This document shows, in pieces, positions 19,934 to 30,683 of a stretch of DNA of 64,000 nt (within the stretch, counting starts at the first letter, position 1; every line of letters begins with the position of its first letter). Below the pieces are notes generated by a model. That model was not told where the DNA came from. It worked only from the letters and a program-made list of their open reading frames with translations, and searched no databases. Origin of the DNA: a virus; IMG/VR virus record IMGVR_UViG_3300045988_104133, positions 22,871 to 86,870 of that record, one strand, 5' to 3'. The translations under genes and the position numbers were made by a program.

Positions 19934-19941
19934 CAAATATA
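19934..19941 (-). promoter_or_regulatory. Bacteroidota -7 box TATATTTG
   Basis: CAAATATA on the + strand, 25 nt upstream of the start at 19909. Confidence 0.4.
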
Positions 19942-19986
19942 CAAAATATTGCATAAATTTGCAAGTAATACACGTATAAATATGCG

Positions 19987-20502
19987 TTAATTGAACTTAA
20001 AATCGTGTCTATCCCTGATATTGACTGTTCCGGTAGCTTTCACGACTGTTCCTCCGTATTGGTAGACGAAGCACTTTGCGGTATCTTCGCATTCAACATG
20101 AAGCTCTGCACCATCTAACAGATTGACAAACACCCTGGAGAATCCCTTAACCTTCAGGTAAAGTGAAGAGTTGTGCCTTACGTATATCTCTCCACTGTCC
20201 ATCCAGTCATAGTTGATATTTGCTACACACTCTCCATTGAGGATGACAACCTTCGGATTTTGCAGGTCAACGTTCTCGTCAACATAAACACCATGATCGT
20301 GAATGACATCACCAAAGTACTTCTTCATATCTTTGGTCGAAGGCCAGTTCTTCCCGATACAGAAGTCGATACCCTTAACAAACTTCTCGACCATCTCATG
20401 CTTGGATGAGTTGTCGTGCCACTCGGCGGTCCACTGAGCGCAAAGACCCAGTGAAACTGCCTCGTTTTTCATTCTGTCTGATAAATTTCTTTTTTCAAAC
20501 AT
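19987..20502 (-). CDS. Hypothetical protein between tape measure and tail tip genes (171 aa)
   Basis: Track ORF, 2 nt after the tape measure stop. Confidence 0.6.
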   Translation of the reverse strand: MFEKRNLSDRMKNEAVSLGLCAQWTAEWHDNSSKHEMVEKFVKGIDFCIGKNWPSTKDMKKYFGDVIHDHGVYVDENVDLQNPKVVILNGECVANINYDWMDSGEIYVRHNSSLYLKVKGFSRVFVNLLDGAELHVECEDTAKCFVYQYGGTVVKATGTVNIRDRHDFKFN

Positions 20503-20504
20503 AA

Positions 20505-23500
20505 TTATTTCATTTTTAAAGATTTCGTACCATTGATAACTCTGTTGAAGTTATCGTTATACTCAATGAAAATTTTCTCGATTCTCTCTGCTGCATCTGC
20601 ATTGCGCAAGGTATTCCGAGCAATAAGGTTGAGCTGCGTGAGCTGAGATTTTGAAATCTCGCTCATCTCAGGAAGGAACTTGCCCTGCATTTCCCTAATT
20701 ACAGAGACATCAAGTCTAATCGCGTTAAGATAGGATGCAAAAAGATCACCTGTCTCCTCGGTAATGCCTTTTATCGAGTTGGTCAAAGAGGAACTTCCGT
20801 TTTCTCTCAAATCAAGTCCCTTTTCCTTTAGAGCATCGAAGATACCGGTTAACTGAGGAACTACATTTTCGCCTACTTGGTAGAGCTTGTCCGCAAAATC
20901 GTCCATGTCGGTCTCATCAAGTTTACCCTTTTCATCAAGGATACCTGTAAGCCATTCGAGAGGTTTTTCAAGTGCCTTCTCCATGATTTTCTGAGATACA
21001 ATATTCTTCGTAACTTCGCGAACCATTTCCTTGACCTTATTCTTGTAAGCCTCAACCGCATCTTCCCCCTTAGTCCATGCGCTCACAACAGTATCAGTCA
21101 GTTGATTTCCCCAGCTCTTCATATCGATAGAGTAAACGTCTTTAAGGAAGTCCTGTGCGAACGTCTTAATCTGCAACTGCATCTCCTTGATTTGCTGGTC
21201 GTAGTCAGCAATCTTATCCTTGTCCGTCTTTTTCTTATCCTCCTCAGCTTGTCTCTGCTTTCTCAACTCGTCTTCCTGAGCGTGAAGTAGGGCGAGCTGA
21301 TCTGCGTATGCGGAAGGATTCGTCTCTGTCTTCATTACAGCGTCATAAGTCTCCTTGCTGTAGTGACTGAAGTTGTGACCTCCAAAGAAATTCTTTCCAA
21401 TATCGGTCTTAGAAAAAGCATCCCAAGCCTTATAGTCATTCTTGACATCGTTGAGCTTTTTATTCGCATCGGAAGACCTATTGTAAGAATAGATTCCACC
21501 GAGTGTCTTTTCAATAACGGAACTGATATTGCTAGATAGGTTCTTCAATTCATTCAGCTGTCTCTCTGCAAGCTTTATCTGTCTGTCGAGCTTGGCATCG
21601 TGAGCCTTAGCAAAGGCTTTGATAGGAGAGGTAAATATGCCCGTGACACCTGCAAGGATTCCACCAACGTTGCCGGACTCTGCGCTTGTTACCACCTTTG
21701 ACAGCGAACTTGACATGCCGGAGAATGTCTCGAAGAACGCAGAAGCGTCCTGCCATCCATCAGACTCTGTGTCAGCTCCGAGAAGGGAAGCAGTCTCTTT
21801 GATGTCATTGAATGCTTCACTCAGTCCCTGGACATTCTGGTCGATAATACTTACTACGTTAGCAAACTTATCAAGAGACTCCTTTGCTTTTGTTCCATCC
21901 TTAAACAGAATCTCAGCAGCTTTCATCATAGCCTTTCCGCTGGCAATCATGCTGTCACCACGCTTGATGAAGTTTTCGTCTCCCATTTTGAGACCAAGTT
22001 CACGAACCTTCTTTCCTTCAGCAATTTTACTTGCTGCGATGGTCATCTGCTCGCTGGCATCAGAAATCTTCTGCTCAGCCATTCCCTTCAGGCCACCATT
22101 GAGGAAAGTCTTCTTTGGACTCGTCAGCTTCGATAACTGCTCATCAAGCTGCTTGATTTCCTTGGCGTACTCTCTAGCATCAATGGCTCCGCTTTGTAGA
22201 GCCTCATTGATATTCTGCCTGATTCTTGCTCCGATAGTCTGAGCCTTATCCATACCGAGAGACACGATGGCTCCGTAGAAGTTGAGATAATCAGAAGAGT
22301 TCTTGAACTTGTCAAGTTTAACCTGACCAATCTCCTTGTCTCTCTGAATCTCATATCTCGCCTTGATGCCAGGATCATTCGTCTTGCTGATAAGCTCGTT
22401 GTATCTCTCCCTTATCTTCAAGATTTTATCCTCATAATCTTCTGTCTTCTCAATGATGTCGGCGGCATCTTGCAAAGACTTTACATAATTACCACGGAGG
22501 AGTTCTGTAATTTTTTTCCACTCTTCGTACTGATTTGGTAGCTTAAGCTTTTCCTTAGCTTCTCCGTCAGTCATGCTGAGAGAATCCTGAAGATTGAATA
22601 TCTCATGGTAGTGAGCGTAATACTCGTCCATAAGAGATTGAGTCTTGTCATCCATCTGGAAAGCGTCAATCCATGCGGACTCAGCAAAGAACTTGCTGCC
22701 TGTCTTTTCGAGAAGGCTCTTGTACAAATCCCAACGTTCTGACAGCTTGTTCATGGACTCATTGAAGTCAGCTGCCTTTCTCTCGTACTCCTTCTTGTCC
22801 TTCTCGTCGAAGAGCCACTCTGCAACCTCACGATAGATTGAAGTCTGGAACTTCTTTCTCTCGGTGGTGTTTATACTGAATCCTCCAAGGAGAGAATGGA
22901 CAGCCTTCTGATAGTCGTCAAGATTAAGACCGGTAACCTCTGGGAAGAGATTGTAAGTCTTCTTCTTTGCCTCTTCATCAGACATTATGCTCTTGTACTT
23001 CTGGTACATCTGCCTTGCAGACTTAAGACTGCTTAGACGCTCCTGTAAACGCTTGAGCTCTATATCTTCTTTGCGACCTGAATTCCCGTTTCTTCCTTTC
23101 GGAACCTTATTGGACTTTTTGTCTTGCGGATAGAATTTATAGCCGAGACCTTCCCATGCCGCCTGATTCAAGCTATTGTAGCTTTCCCAAGCCTCATCTC
23201 GAAGTGCCTTAGATATCTTGCCGCGTTTAAACTTGTTCTCGCGGTTCTTATACTCGTTGTACCTGTTCTGCAACTCTGTTTGCAGGTTATTATCCGTATT
23301 GTAGTCGGAAGTTTCGTCAAGATAAGAATCGAGCATAGTCGCCTGTGTTTCTACCCTCGCTTTACTCTTTCCTGTCTTGGATAAATTTCTGCGGACTCTT
23401 TGCTGCATAGGCGTCTTTGGTTTCTCGACCTTGCCGCCACCTGCTTTCTTTGGCTGTTTTGCACCAGCCTCCTGATAGAAGATAGACTTCAAGTACTCAC

Positions 23501-26500
23501 GAATCTGAGGAACATTCACCTTGCACGCATCGAGCATTCTTTCTATCATGCTCGCAAAGCGTGAAGAATTCCTGTTGCACCACTTCGAGAAATCTACACC
23601 GAACAGGTTGAATGACTTCTTAAGGAAGTTAATGATTCTAGGAATATTCTTCTTAGCGATATCATTTATCTGATCACTAACCTTGTTTGCCCTTATTCCT
23701 ATTTTGTAAATGCTATTTGCAATATCATTGCTTCCGTTACTTGACTTCAAAACGAAAGAATCCCAATTTGCGCCTCCTCTTTCTGCAAGAATACGAATCT
23801 TCTCATCGAGAGACATGGCTCTTTCCTCTGGCTTCAGGAACTGATTAGCAACGCTATCCATTCTCGACTTTGTATCTTCGTCAAGTCCAGATAAAAGCGT
23901 CTGGTACTTGATAACCGCCTCGTTGAGGTCTTCGACAGCATCCTCCATCGTGTCTGCAAAAGGATTACCGGAACCCCAACCACCTGAAGCTCCAAGTGCT
24001 CCAGCAACAACATCCGAGTCGTTTGCTTCCTGCTGTGAGTTGTCACGAGCGGCAACTATTCCCTTATTGAGAATATCATACTGCTCGTTAAGATTCTTCG
24101 CCCTTGTAATCTGATCTTCTATTGTCTGTGTGTAATCTCCGCTGTTTCGAAGAAGCTCTTTCATTGAGTTTACTCGCTGTTGTAAGTCCGCGCTGTTTGC
24201 CGGCTTCTCATTTGCGAGCTCATCCTCGTAGTTTTTCTTCTTGTTGTATGCAGAATCCCTGAAACCCTTTGCATTCTCAGAAATTCTATCCATATCACTG
24301 CTGTAGCTGGAGAATGTCTGAACAGCTAGACCGATTGCAAGTCCCCACCAGCCGCCAAGCATCGTAAAGAGAGACTTAATTCCTCCACCTATCTTAGAGA
24401 TACCCATATTCATTACGGCGGCAAATCGTGTTCCTCCGAGTATAATCTGCTCCTGTCTTGCTGTAATCTGCCCCATCACGGCAAGCTGTCTGATAAGTTC
24501 TTTTGTAACAAGACCTTCCTTGACAGCTTTCTGCATCTGAAGAACAGACATCTTCCCTTCAAGTGCAAGACGAGACATAGCATTCGCCCTTGAAGCGGTA
24601 TCAGACAGCAAGTATGCCCTTGCCTGTACATTCTGCAACGCCTTCTGTTGAGTAATCTTACCTTCTGTGACAAGTTGCTGCTGTTCGATAGCGTAAGTCC
24701 TCAGCTGAGCATTCATCTGCTGAGTGTAGTTCTTGTTTATTGAGCCCAATCCGAGCTTACCGGAAGCCATCAGTCCAAGTTTCCTTGCAGCAAATATAGC
24801 TCCGAAAGAAAGCATAGCAGGGGATAGTTTATCAAGAGCTAATACTAAGTCTGTTACTCGGTTGATAATAAACGAGAACGTACCGCCTATGACATTCTTT
24901 CCTTCTGCAAATTTACCGAGCATAATATCCCACGCGTCGATAAGCTTATTCCAGCGGCCAAGCAGTGTTTCGGACAACACGAGCTGCATATTGTAGAACT
25001 GGCCACCCTCGTCTGTCATCTTCCACAGTACCTTCTGAACATCCTCGAAGCTTACCTGTCTTCCGGAAATCATCTTCTTGACATCTGCCTGGGTATAATT
25101 CTTGCGACCGTTCTTTCCTTCAGAATTATATAATTCCGTTATCTTCTGCAAGAGTGGGAGTCCTGCGTAAGCAAACTGGCGTAACTCCTTACCATCGAGC
25201 CAAGATCGAGCCTTAACCTGACCGAACGCAAGACCCAATCGGCCGAAGTCCACGCCAAGACCAGATGCTATATCCGCAAGTCGCTTAGTTGTATCGTACA
25301 AGTCGTTTGCCTCTACTCCGAATGCAGCCAACTGCTTGACATCTCTGTTCAGTTCTCCAAACTTGAATGGAGACTGCAACGCAAGCTGCTGTGTCTGAGC
25401 GAACAGCTCGTCAGCCTTCTGTACATCACCAAGGATGGAGCGTAACGCAACATGCTGCTGAACAATCTCACCACCGGTCTGTACGATTGAATTAAAGAAT
25501 TGCTGCGCGCCAAAGACAATACCTCCCTGCAAGAAGAGAGATTTGATGTCTCCGACTATGGATTGCATCTTCTTCGCTTCAGCGTTTGCTCCGGCGAATG
25601 CTGCTGCGAGATCGTTTCGTGCCTTTGCGGCAGACTGAGCAATCTCCTGCTGACGTTTCTGTTCTAGTTCAATACCGCGCTGCGCCTCTCGATTAGCTTC
25701 TCTTTGAGCATCAGCAACTCTATTTGCAAGCTGAACCTCCCGTTGGTCGCCAACGTTTGTAATTAATCCAAGTGCTGTAGAATCTCTGCTTCCAAGCCTT
25801 TGTAATATTGACTTTAGATAATTGAATTGATTTTCAATATCTTTTATTTTAGTCTCAATCTGAGTTGTATCTACCTGTAACTTAACGGAATTTCCATACT
25901 CCTTGCGAAGCCTTACCAACACGTCATCGAGCCTTTCCATTCTTCGAGTAGAAATTTCTATCTCTCTTTGGCGTTGTCTTTCTGCCGCAGCGTCGTCACG
26001 CTTTGCTTTGGCGGCATCTCTTGTAGCCTGAGCTTCTGCTTTCCTGTTAGCTTTATCTTGTGCAGAGTTTAAATCCCTTTGTGCCTGGGTAGCATTTGCA
26101 AGGCTTGATGAAAGTCTGTTCACTTCCTCCGCATACGACGAATAGGAAGGCCTACCACCCTTACCCATAAGGGCAATATTGGCATCCTCTATTCTTCTTT
26201 TGAGCTCGGTTGCTTCCGAAAGAGCTTTTTCTAAAGCACTTGTATTTACTCCAAGCTCTAGGCCTCTCATGCCGGCGCGTTCGCCTCTACCGATTACAAG
26301 CGACATCTTAGCATAGAGCCTAGACATTCTTTCAGTATCGGCTTCTATGCGTCTGGCTTCGGCGGCAGATTGTCTCTTCCTTTCATCAGAGGCTTGCTTT
26401 TCTGCCTTTCTCTTGGCCTCCTGCAATGCCATGTAGCGCTTTGCATAATCAGACAAAGCTTTAAGTTCCGCATCATTATCCTTGGCGCTCAACTTTGAAG

Positions 26501-27398
26501 CTGCCGCAAACTCTCTCTCCTGCGCAATGACTTTTCCCTTCTCTCGTCCGTATGCCTGTGTTGCGGCGGCGGCTTTCGTCATTTCTACAGCAACATCGGA
26601 AAGAAGGTTCTTCATCTGCGCGGCATCGGTGAGGATAGATTTGTTTCCAGATGCCGCCTGCAATCTGGCAAGTATCTTGTCAAGCTCGGTAATACTTCCA
26701 CCAAGCATGTTAGTATTGAAACCCTTCAAGGCTCCCTCTGCCATAAGGTCTCGCATCCTAGCGAGCTTTTCGGTTACTCTTGCAATGTCAGCTTCAACCT
26801 TTGCTGCTCCACCGGAAAAGGCAGAAAGAGGGTTCTCCTTTTTAAACTGATCAGTAATCTGCTTTACATCACGGAATGTCATTTGAAGAACCTTGGCATA
26901 ATCCTGCAAAACCTTTGCGCTATCTACGCCGCCACCTCCGCCGCCTTGTGCTTTATTCTGCAATCTGAAAAGCTGATTATTGATATTCTCAAGCATCAGC
27001 TCGGCTTCCCTAAGTTTCGAGGTATCAACATTAGGATTCAGTGAGCGTAGCTCTGAAATCTTGCTGCGCTCTATATTGATTCTTTGAAGCATATCGAGAT
27101 AGGAGAGAGCGTTTTTTACCGCCAACTGCAAATCTTTAGCTTCATCACCTTTGTCGTTTTTCTTGAGTTTGGAAATCCTTCTGTTTATCTCATTGAGAAC
27201 ATCTGCAAACTCTTTGGCTTTTTCTGCCTGCTCCTTAAATCCAGACTTTTTTGTCCCGAATCCCTGGAGGGCACGAAGAAGCGCGTTCGCAGCATCATCA
27301 CCAGTCTTAAGCTTGTCAATGATTTTCTGCAACTCCTTGGAGGTATTATCCTTGACACCAAGTTGGAACCACAAGTCACCTAAATTTCCACCTGCCAT
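20505..27398 (-). CDS. Tail tape measure protein (2297 aa)
   Basis: Very long, coiled-coil-rich ORF directly downstream of the frameshifted chaperone pair. Confidence 0.85.
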   Translation of the reverse strand: MAGGNLGDLWFQLGVKDNTSKELQKIIDKLKTGDDAANALLRALQGFGTKKSGFKEQAEKAKEFADVLNEINRRISKLKKNDKGDEAKDLQLAVKNALSYLDMLQRINIERSKISELRSLNPNVDTSKLREAELMLENINNQLFRLQNKAQGGGGGGVDSAKVLQDYAKVLQMTFRDVKQITDQFKKENPLSAFSGGAAKVEADIARVTEKLARMRDLMAEGALKGFNTNMLGGSITELDKILARLQAASGNKSILTDAAQMKNLLSDVAVEMTKAAAATQAYGREKGKVIAQEREFAAASKLSAKDNDAELKALSDYAKRYMALQEAKRKAEKQASDERKRQSAAEARRIEADTERMSRLYAKMSLVIGRGERAGMRGLELGVNTSALEKALSEATELKRRIEDANIALMGKGGRPSYSSYAEEVNRLSSSLANATQAQRDLNSAQDKANRKAEAQATRDAAKAKRDDAAAERQRQREIEISTRRMERLDDVLVRLRKEYGNSVKLQVDTTQIETKIKDIENQFNYLKSILQRLGSRDSTALGLITNVGDQREVQLANRVADAQREANREAQRGIELEQKRQQEIAQSAAKARNDLAAAFAGANAEAKKMQSIVGDIKSLFLQGGIVFGAQQFFNSIVQTGGEIVQQHVALRSILGDVQKADELFAQTQQLALQSPFKFGELNRDVKQLAAFGVEANDLYDTTKRLADIASGLGVDFGRLGLAFGQVKARSWLDGKELRQFAYAGLPLLQKITELYNSEGKNGRKNYTQADVKKMISGRQVSFEDVQKVLWKMTDEGGQFYNMQLVLSETLLGRWNKLIDAWDIMLGKFAEGKNVIGGTFSFIINRVTDLVLALDKLSPAMLSFGAIFAARKLGLMASGKLGLGSINKNYTQQMNAQLRTYAIEQQQLVTEGKITQQKALQNVQARAYLLSDTASRANAMSRLALEGKMSVLQMQKAVKEGLVTKELIRQLAVMGQITARQEQIILGGTRFAAVMNMGISKIGGGIKSLFTMLGGWWGLAIGLAVQTFSSYSSDMDRISENAKGFRDSAYNKKKNYEDELANEKPANSADLQQRVNSMKELLRNSGDYTQTIEDQITRAKNLNEQYDILNKGIVAARDNSQQEANDSDVVAGALGASGGWGSGNPFADTMEDAVEDLNEAVIKYQTLLSGLDEDTKSRMDSVANQFLKPEERAMSLDEKIRILAERGGANWDSFVLKSSNGSNDIANSIYKIGIRANKVSDQINDIAKKNIPRIINFLKKSFNLFGVDFSKWCNRNSSRFASMIERMLDACKVNVPQIREYLKSIFYQEAGAKQPKKAGGGKVEKPKTPMQQRVRRNLSKTGKSKARVETQATMLDSYLDETSDYNTDNNLQTELQNRYNEYKNRENKFKRGKISKALRDEAWESYNSLNQAAWEGLGYKFYPQDKKSNKVPKGRNGNSGRKEDIELKRLQERLSSLKSARQMYQKYKSIMSDEEAKKKTYNLFPEVTGLNLDDYQKAVHSLLGGFSINTTERKKFQTSIYREVAEWLFDEKDKKEYERKAADFNESMNKLSERWDLYKSLLEKTGSKFFAESAWIDAFQMDDKTQSLMDEYYAHYHEIFNLQDSLSMTDGEAKEKLKLPNQYEEWKKITELLRGNYVKSLQDAADIIEKTEDYEDKILKIRERYNELISKTNDPGIKARYEIQRDKEIGQVKLDKFKNSSDYLNFYGAIVSLGMDKAQTIGARIRQNINEALQSGAIDAREYAKEIKQLDEQLSKLTSPKKTFLNGGLKGMAEQKISDASEQMTIAASKIAEGKKVRELGLKMGDENFIKRGDSMIASGKAMMKAAEILFKDGTKAKESLDKFANVVSIIDQNVQGLSEAFNDIKETASLLGADTESDGWQDASAFFETFSGMSSSLSKVVTSAESGNVGGILAGVTGIFTSPIKAFAKAHDAKLDRQIKLAERQLNELKNLSSNISSVIEKTLGGIYSYNRSSDANKKLNDVKNDYKAWDAFSKTDIGKNFFGGHNFSHYSKETYDAVMKTETNPSAYADQLALLHAQEDELRKQRQAEEDKKKTDKDKIADYDQQIKEMQLQIKTFAQDFLKDVYSIDMKSWGNQLTDTVVSAWTKGEDAVEAYKNKVKEMVREVTKNIVSQKIMEKALEKPLEWLTGILDEKGKLDETDMDDFADKLYQVGENVVPQLTGIFDALKEKGLDLRENGSSSLTNSIKGITEETGDLFASYLNAIRLDVSVIREMQGKFLPEMSEISKSQLTQLNLIARNTLRNADAAERIEKIFIEYNDNFNRVINGTKSLKMK

Positions 27399-27416
27399 AT
27401 CCTGAATATTTTTAAA

Positions 27417-27823
27417 TTAGAGTTTATTGTTTAAGTAATCTGCAAGACTTATCTTCTTGCCAACGATGCTTCCCTCATTCTTCTTTTTCTCCATCCACCT
27501 GTCGTAGAGGTCATCCATCTCCTTCTTGGTATGCTTCTTCGGACCGCCTTCCTTCTTGGTCTTTGGATAGACGACAAGAGGCTGGTCTGCAACCATTAGG
27601 TCAATCTGTGCTGATGAATAGCCCCACCAGTAGTCGTAGGCTGCAATGAAGTACTTGCGCTGAAAGAGGAAACCGAACTTCTCCGCTAGTGAGAAGGCTG
27701 CTCCCCAGCTGGTTCTGCTTGGATAGCTTTTGCTTCGCTCCTCGTCATCGTCATCATCACGTCCGTCATCCCGGTCGCTAATATGGTAGCCAGTGAGAAT
27801 GCGTTCGATGGAATTTTTTTTTT
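27417..27823 (-). CDS. -1 frame extension of the tail assembly chaperone (gpGT analogue)
   Basis: Hand translation of the -1 frame from the A10 run is open for 132 codons (NSIERILTGYH...LADYLNNKL) and stops 19 nt before the tape measure start. Confidence 0.65.
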
Positions 27824-28144
27824 AGAAACATCGAGGACTCTCAGCACCTCGGCCACGTCCACATCCTTGATGTAGTAGAGCCAACGCCAGTAGATCCAAT
27901 ACAGGAATCGAATCTTCCAGATGTTGTTGAGGAGAATGCAGACACAAATCTTGACGTTGCGCTTCCATTCGTTCTTCTCCTTTGCCCTGATATGGGAACA
28001 CCTGCTCATGGTTCCCTTGCGAAGCCAACCGAGCTTGTGCTTCTTGCCACGGAACACGAACTCGGTAGGCTCGTCGTGCAGCACGCTGTCAAGCAACTCC
28101 TGCAAATCCACCGAAGGCTGCTCTATTTTCTTTTCTTCTGCCAT
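27686..28144 (-). CDS. Tail assembly chaperone, zero-frame product (gpG analogue)
   Basis: Lies between the major tail and tape measure genes. Contains an A10 slippery run. Confidence 0.7.
   Translation of the reverse strand: MAEEKKIEQPSVDLQELLDSVLHDEPTEFVFRGKKHKLGWLRKGTMSRCSHIRAKEKNEWKRNVKICVCILLNNIWKIRFLYWIYWRWLYYIKDVDVAEVLRVLDVSKKKIPSNAFSLATILATGMTDVMMTMTRSEAKAIQAEPAGEQPSH
27814..27823 (-). other. Slippery A10 tract (T10 on the + strand), candidate -1 programmed frameshift site
   Basis: Zero frame reads TCT AAA AAA AAA ATT. The two frames overlap here. Confidence 0.65.
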
Positions 28145-28248
28145 GATTGTATGCTATTAAATGAAGAAGGGCGGCACGGCTGTTGATTAGCCTGCCGCCC
28201 AACGGTTTGTTATCCTGAATCTAATTACCTAAAGAAGCCTTTACTTGA

Positions 28249-28860
28249 TTAACCGCCAATGCCTGGTCCACTTGCAGCTGGAGCCTTAGTAAGCCAAGCG
28301 ATGCTACGCTTACCTGCACCCTCGATGGAGCCGGAGAACTTGAATGCAACTGGCTCAGTACCGGAGTTGTCCCACTGCAATGTAGCGTAGAGAGCGATGT
28401 TGGTAATAACCATGAGGTTCTCCTTCTCGTCGTCAACGATAACGATAGTGCCCTTGATCTTGAACTTCTTAGGCTCAACAGCGATACCTGTAAAGCCGGT
28501 AGTAGCGTCGAGGGTAGCGTCACCTGTACCCTTCAGAGTAACTTTGGTCAGCTCAGTGATAGCATCCTCGCCGAACATAATTGTCAGCAAGTCCTTTGCC
28601 TTTGAAGGAACAACGAACTCTACGTTGAAGTCGCCGAGCTCTGCGGTAGTTGCCCAGTCGCCTGCAAGACCGATAACCTTGTAGTGGTTGATGGTTGGGT
28701 CATCCATAGTCGCCTTCAGCGAGTCAACGGTAACCGGAAGCTCAACCTCTGGGGTGATGTCAACTGTAGCCTTGCTCAAATCGGTAATAGCTTTTGAGTA
28801 GAGCAGAGTTTTAGGACCATTGAAAATGTCCTTCATCTTGTCAATAGTTGTCATAGCCAT
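28249..28860 (-). CDS. Putative major tail protein (203 aa)
   Basis: Position directly upstream of the chaperone pair. No motif recognised. Confidence 0.5.
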   Translation of the reverse strand: MAMTTIDKMKDIFNGPKTLLYSKAITDLSKATVDITPEVELPVTVDSLKATMDDPTINHYKVIGLAGDWATTAELGDFNVEFVVPSKAKDLLTIMFGEDAITELTKVTLKGTGDATLDATTGFTGIAVEPKKFKIKGTIVIVDDEKENLMVITNIALYATLQWDNSGTEPVAFKFSGSIEGAGKRSIAWLTKAPAASGPGIGG

Positions 28861-28895
28861 AATCTAAAATATTTTAAATTGTTATACCTGAATAC

Positions 28896-29303
28896 TTATT
28901 TCGTACGTAACCTTCCCTGTATGATCGTCACGGAAAAACCTGCGCCGTCGTCTGTCTGTAGCGTTATACGAGGATTGGAAACAATGAGATTTTTTGTGGA
29001 GATTGGAAATCTGTCCATAATCTCCTGGACTTTCTCGTCAACGCTAGAAACATCAAATGTGTTTGGATTTCTTGCTGAAGCTTTATCGCGTACATACAAT
29101 TCGATTTGAGCTGTAGTGGTGAAATCATTGTAAACTCCACTTGAGTTCATCTCGTTATTGTAGATACTAGATGGAAAGTATACCACGATGTAGCTGTTGA
29201 TTTTCGTATCAACTGCTTTTGGTCGGCTCCGGGAGTAGAGCTTGTCGCAAATCCCCTTCATTGCATTGCCGACATCGAAATATAGAGTCTTAATACTAAC
29301 CAT
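28896..29303 (-). CDS. Putative tail terminator/neck protein (135 aa)
   Basis: Gene order only. Confidence 0.4.
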   Translation of the reverse strand: MVSIKTLYFDVGNAMKGICDKLYSRSRPKAVDTKINSYIVVYFPSSIYNNEMNSSGVYNDFTTTAQIELYVRDKASARNPNTFDVSSVDEKVQEIMDRFPISTKNLIVSNPRITLQTDDGAGFSVTIIQGRLRTK

Positions 29304-29306
29304 ATC

Positions 29307-29840
29307 TTACATCGTTCTAAAGTATCTAACCAAATATTCTCTAAGAGAGGTAATCACGTCGTGGCCTCTCTTAACCTCGACAAACTTAGCGTAATCCACA
29401 CCGGCAACAAGGAGCATCTGCCATGTAGCATCGTACTTTCCTTTGTTGTGCTCCCTGGAAACAAGTTCATCCCACGCCGCATTTGGACCATATTCACCAC
29501 CTTCTCCGTATTCACCCTTGTAAGGTCTCCTTCCGCTGTCTTTGAAGGAGAATGAGCTGCGATAATACTTATCGAGGTTGTATCTCTCTCCGGCAGCAAG
29601 GGTTACTCGGGTTGGCTCTGGGCCTGGAGCATAATGAATCGACTGCAATGAGCCGTTGTAATATGTACCGATGGCTGTTGACTTGTACAAGTTACCGGTT
29701 ACGTCATCATAGTTTCGAGACTTGTCAGCAGCCTTCATTGTCATTTCAGCCGCATGGTCCATCTTCTGCTGCATCTTTGCTACAGCCATCTGACGGATTT
29801 TCTTCTCGACCTGTAAAAACTGACCTGATAAACTTGTCAT
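29307..29840 (-). CDS. Putative head-tail joining protein (177 aa)
   Basis: Gene order only. Confidence 0.4.
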   Translation of the reverse strand: MTSLSGQFLQVEKKIRQMAVAKMQQKMDHAAEMTMKAADKSRNYDDVTGNLYKSTAIGTYYNGSLQSIHYAPGPEPTRVTLAAGERYNLDKYYRSSFSFKDSGRRPYKGEYGEGGEYGPNAAWDELVSREHNKGKYDATWQMLLVAGVDYAKFVEVKRGHDVITSLREYLVRYFRTM

Positions 29841-29843
29841 AAT

Positions 29844-30221
29844 CTAAACCCTTGTCAAATTCCAATACACAACAGTCCTGTTATTATCCGGTTCGCAGTC
29901 CTTAACCATACCTACCTCGGTGTTGTTGCCGACAGTGGAGTAGATGGTGTCGCCGTCAAGAGGACATCTGTCAGCATCCCATTCGTCATATCTGACCGGA
30001 ATCGATGCCTTCCTCTTGTTCTGGTCGACGTTCTTGTCTCCCTCTGTAGTGGTATCGGTGTAGCTGCGGCCTTCGCCATAATAGAGAATGATTTCCTTGT
30101 CCTCACCAACTGGAGCATCATCATCGGCAAACGGGTCATCAGGGTCGGCTTTTCCGACGACCTTCCTCACGATCTTGATGATGTGAGGGTATCTTGGGTT
30201 TCTGATGTTTTCCTTTTCCAT
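29844..30221 (-). CDS. Putative head closure/connector protein
   Basis: Track ORF 29844..30260 trimmed to MEKENIRN so it does not overlap the upstream gene. Function from gene order only. Confidence 0.4.
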   Translation of the reverse strand: MEKENIRNPRYPHIIKIVRKVVGKADPDDPFADDDAPVGEDKEIILYYGEGRSYTDTTTEGDKNVDQNKRKASIPVRYDEWDADRCPLDGDTIYSTVGNNTEVGMVKDCEPDNNRTVVYWNLTRV

Positions 30222-30226
30222 ACGCC

Positions 30227-30661
30227 TTATTTGATGATGTGAGGGAGAGGTTCTCCCCAAGGAGAATAATTCGCCCTCTTTACTCCGTGGGAGGTCACCC
30301 GGAAGGTGGATTTCTTCTTGAGCATCGAATCAGGCTCCAGCTCTGCATAGATAGCGTTAGCCTCTGCCTTCATCTCGCTCCTGTCGTTGTCCGACATATC
30401 ATATCCACCTCCCGAATGAGTCCATCCGTTATCGGAATCGGAGGTGTTGTTCACCTTGCTCGGACCAAGAACAAACCATTTCAGCATGTCGGCATAGGCA
30501 AGCCTTACCTTGTCCTTGTCGCAGGCTTCGAGGTCGATGCCGTTTTCAAGTTCCCTGTCGTGCATGATGCCAAGCAGAGCCTTCATCGGCATCTCGAACT
30601 TCACCTTATTAATAAGGTAGTCGTTCACAGTGTAAATGTTCATCTCCGAATCCATAGTCAT
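30227..30661 (-). CDS. Putative head-tail connector protein (144 aa)
   Basis: Gene order only. Confidence 0.4.
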   Translation of the reverse strand: MTMDSEMNIYTVNDYLINKVKFEMPMKALLGIMHDRELENGIDLEACDKDKVRLAYADMLKWFVLGPSKVNNTSDSDNGWTHSGGGYDMSDNDRSEMKAEANAIYAELEPDSMLKKKSTFRVTSHGVKRANYSPWGEPLPHIIK

Positions 30662-30683
30662 ACAATCTAGTTACGTTAAGAAA

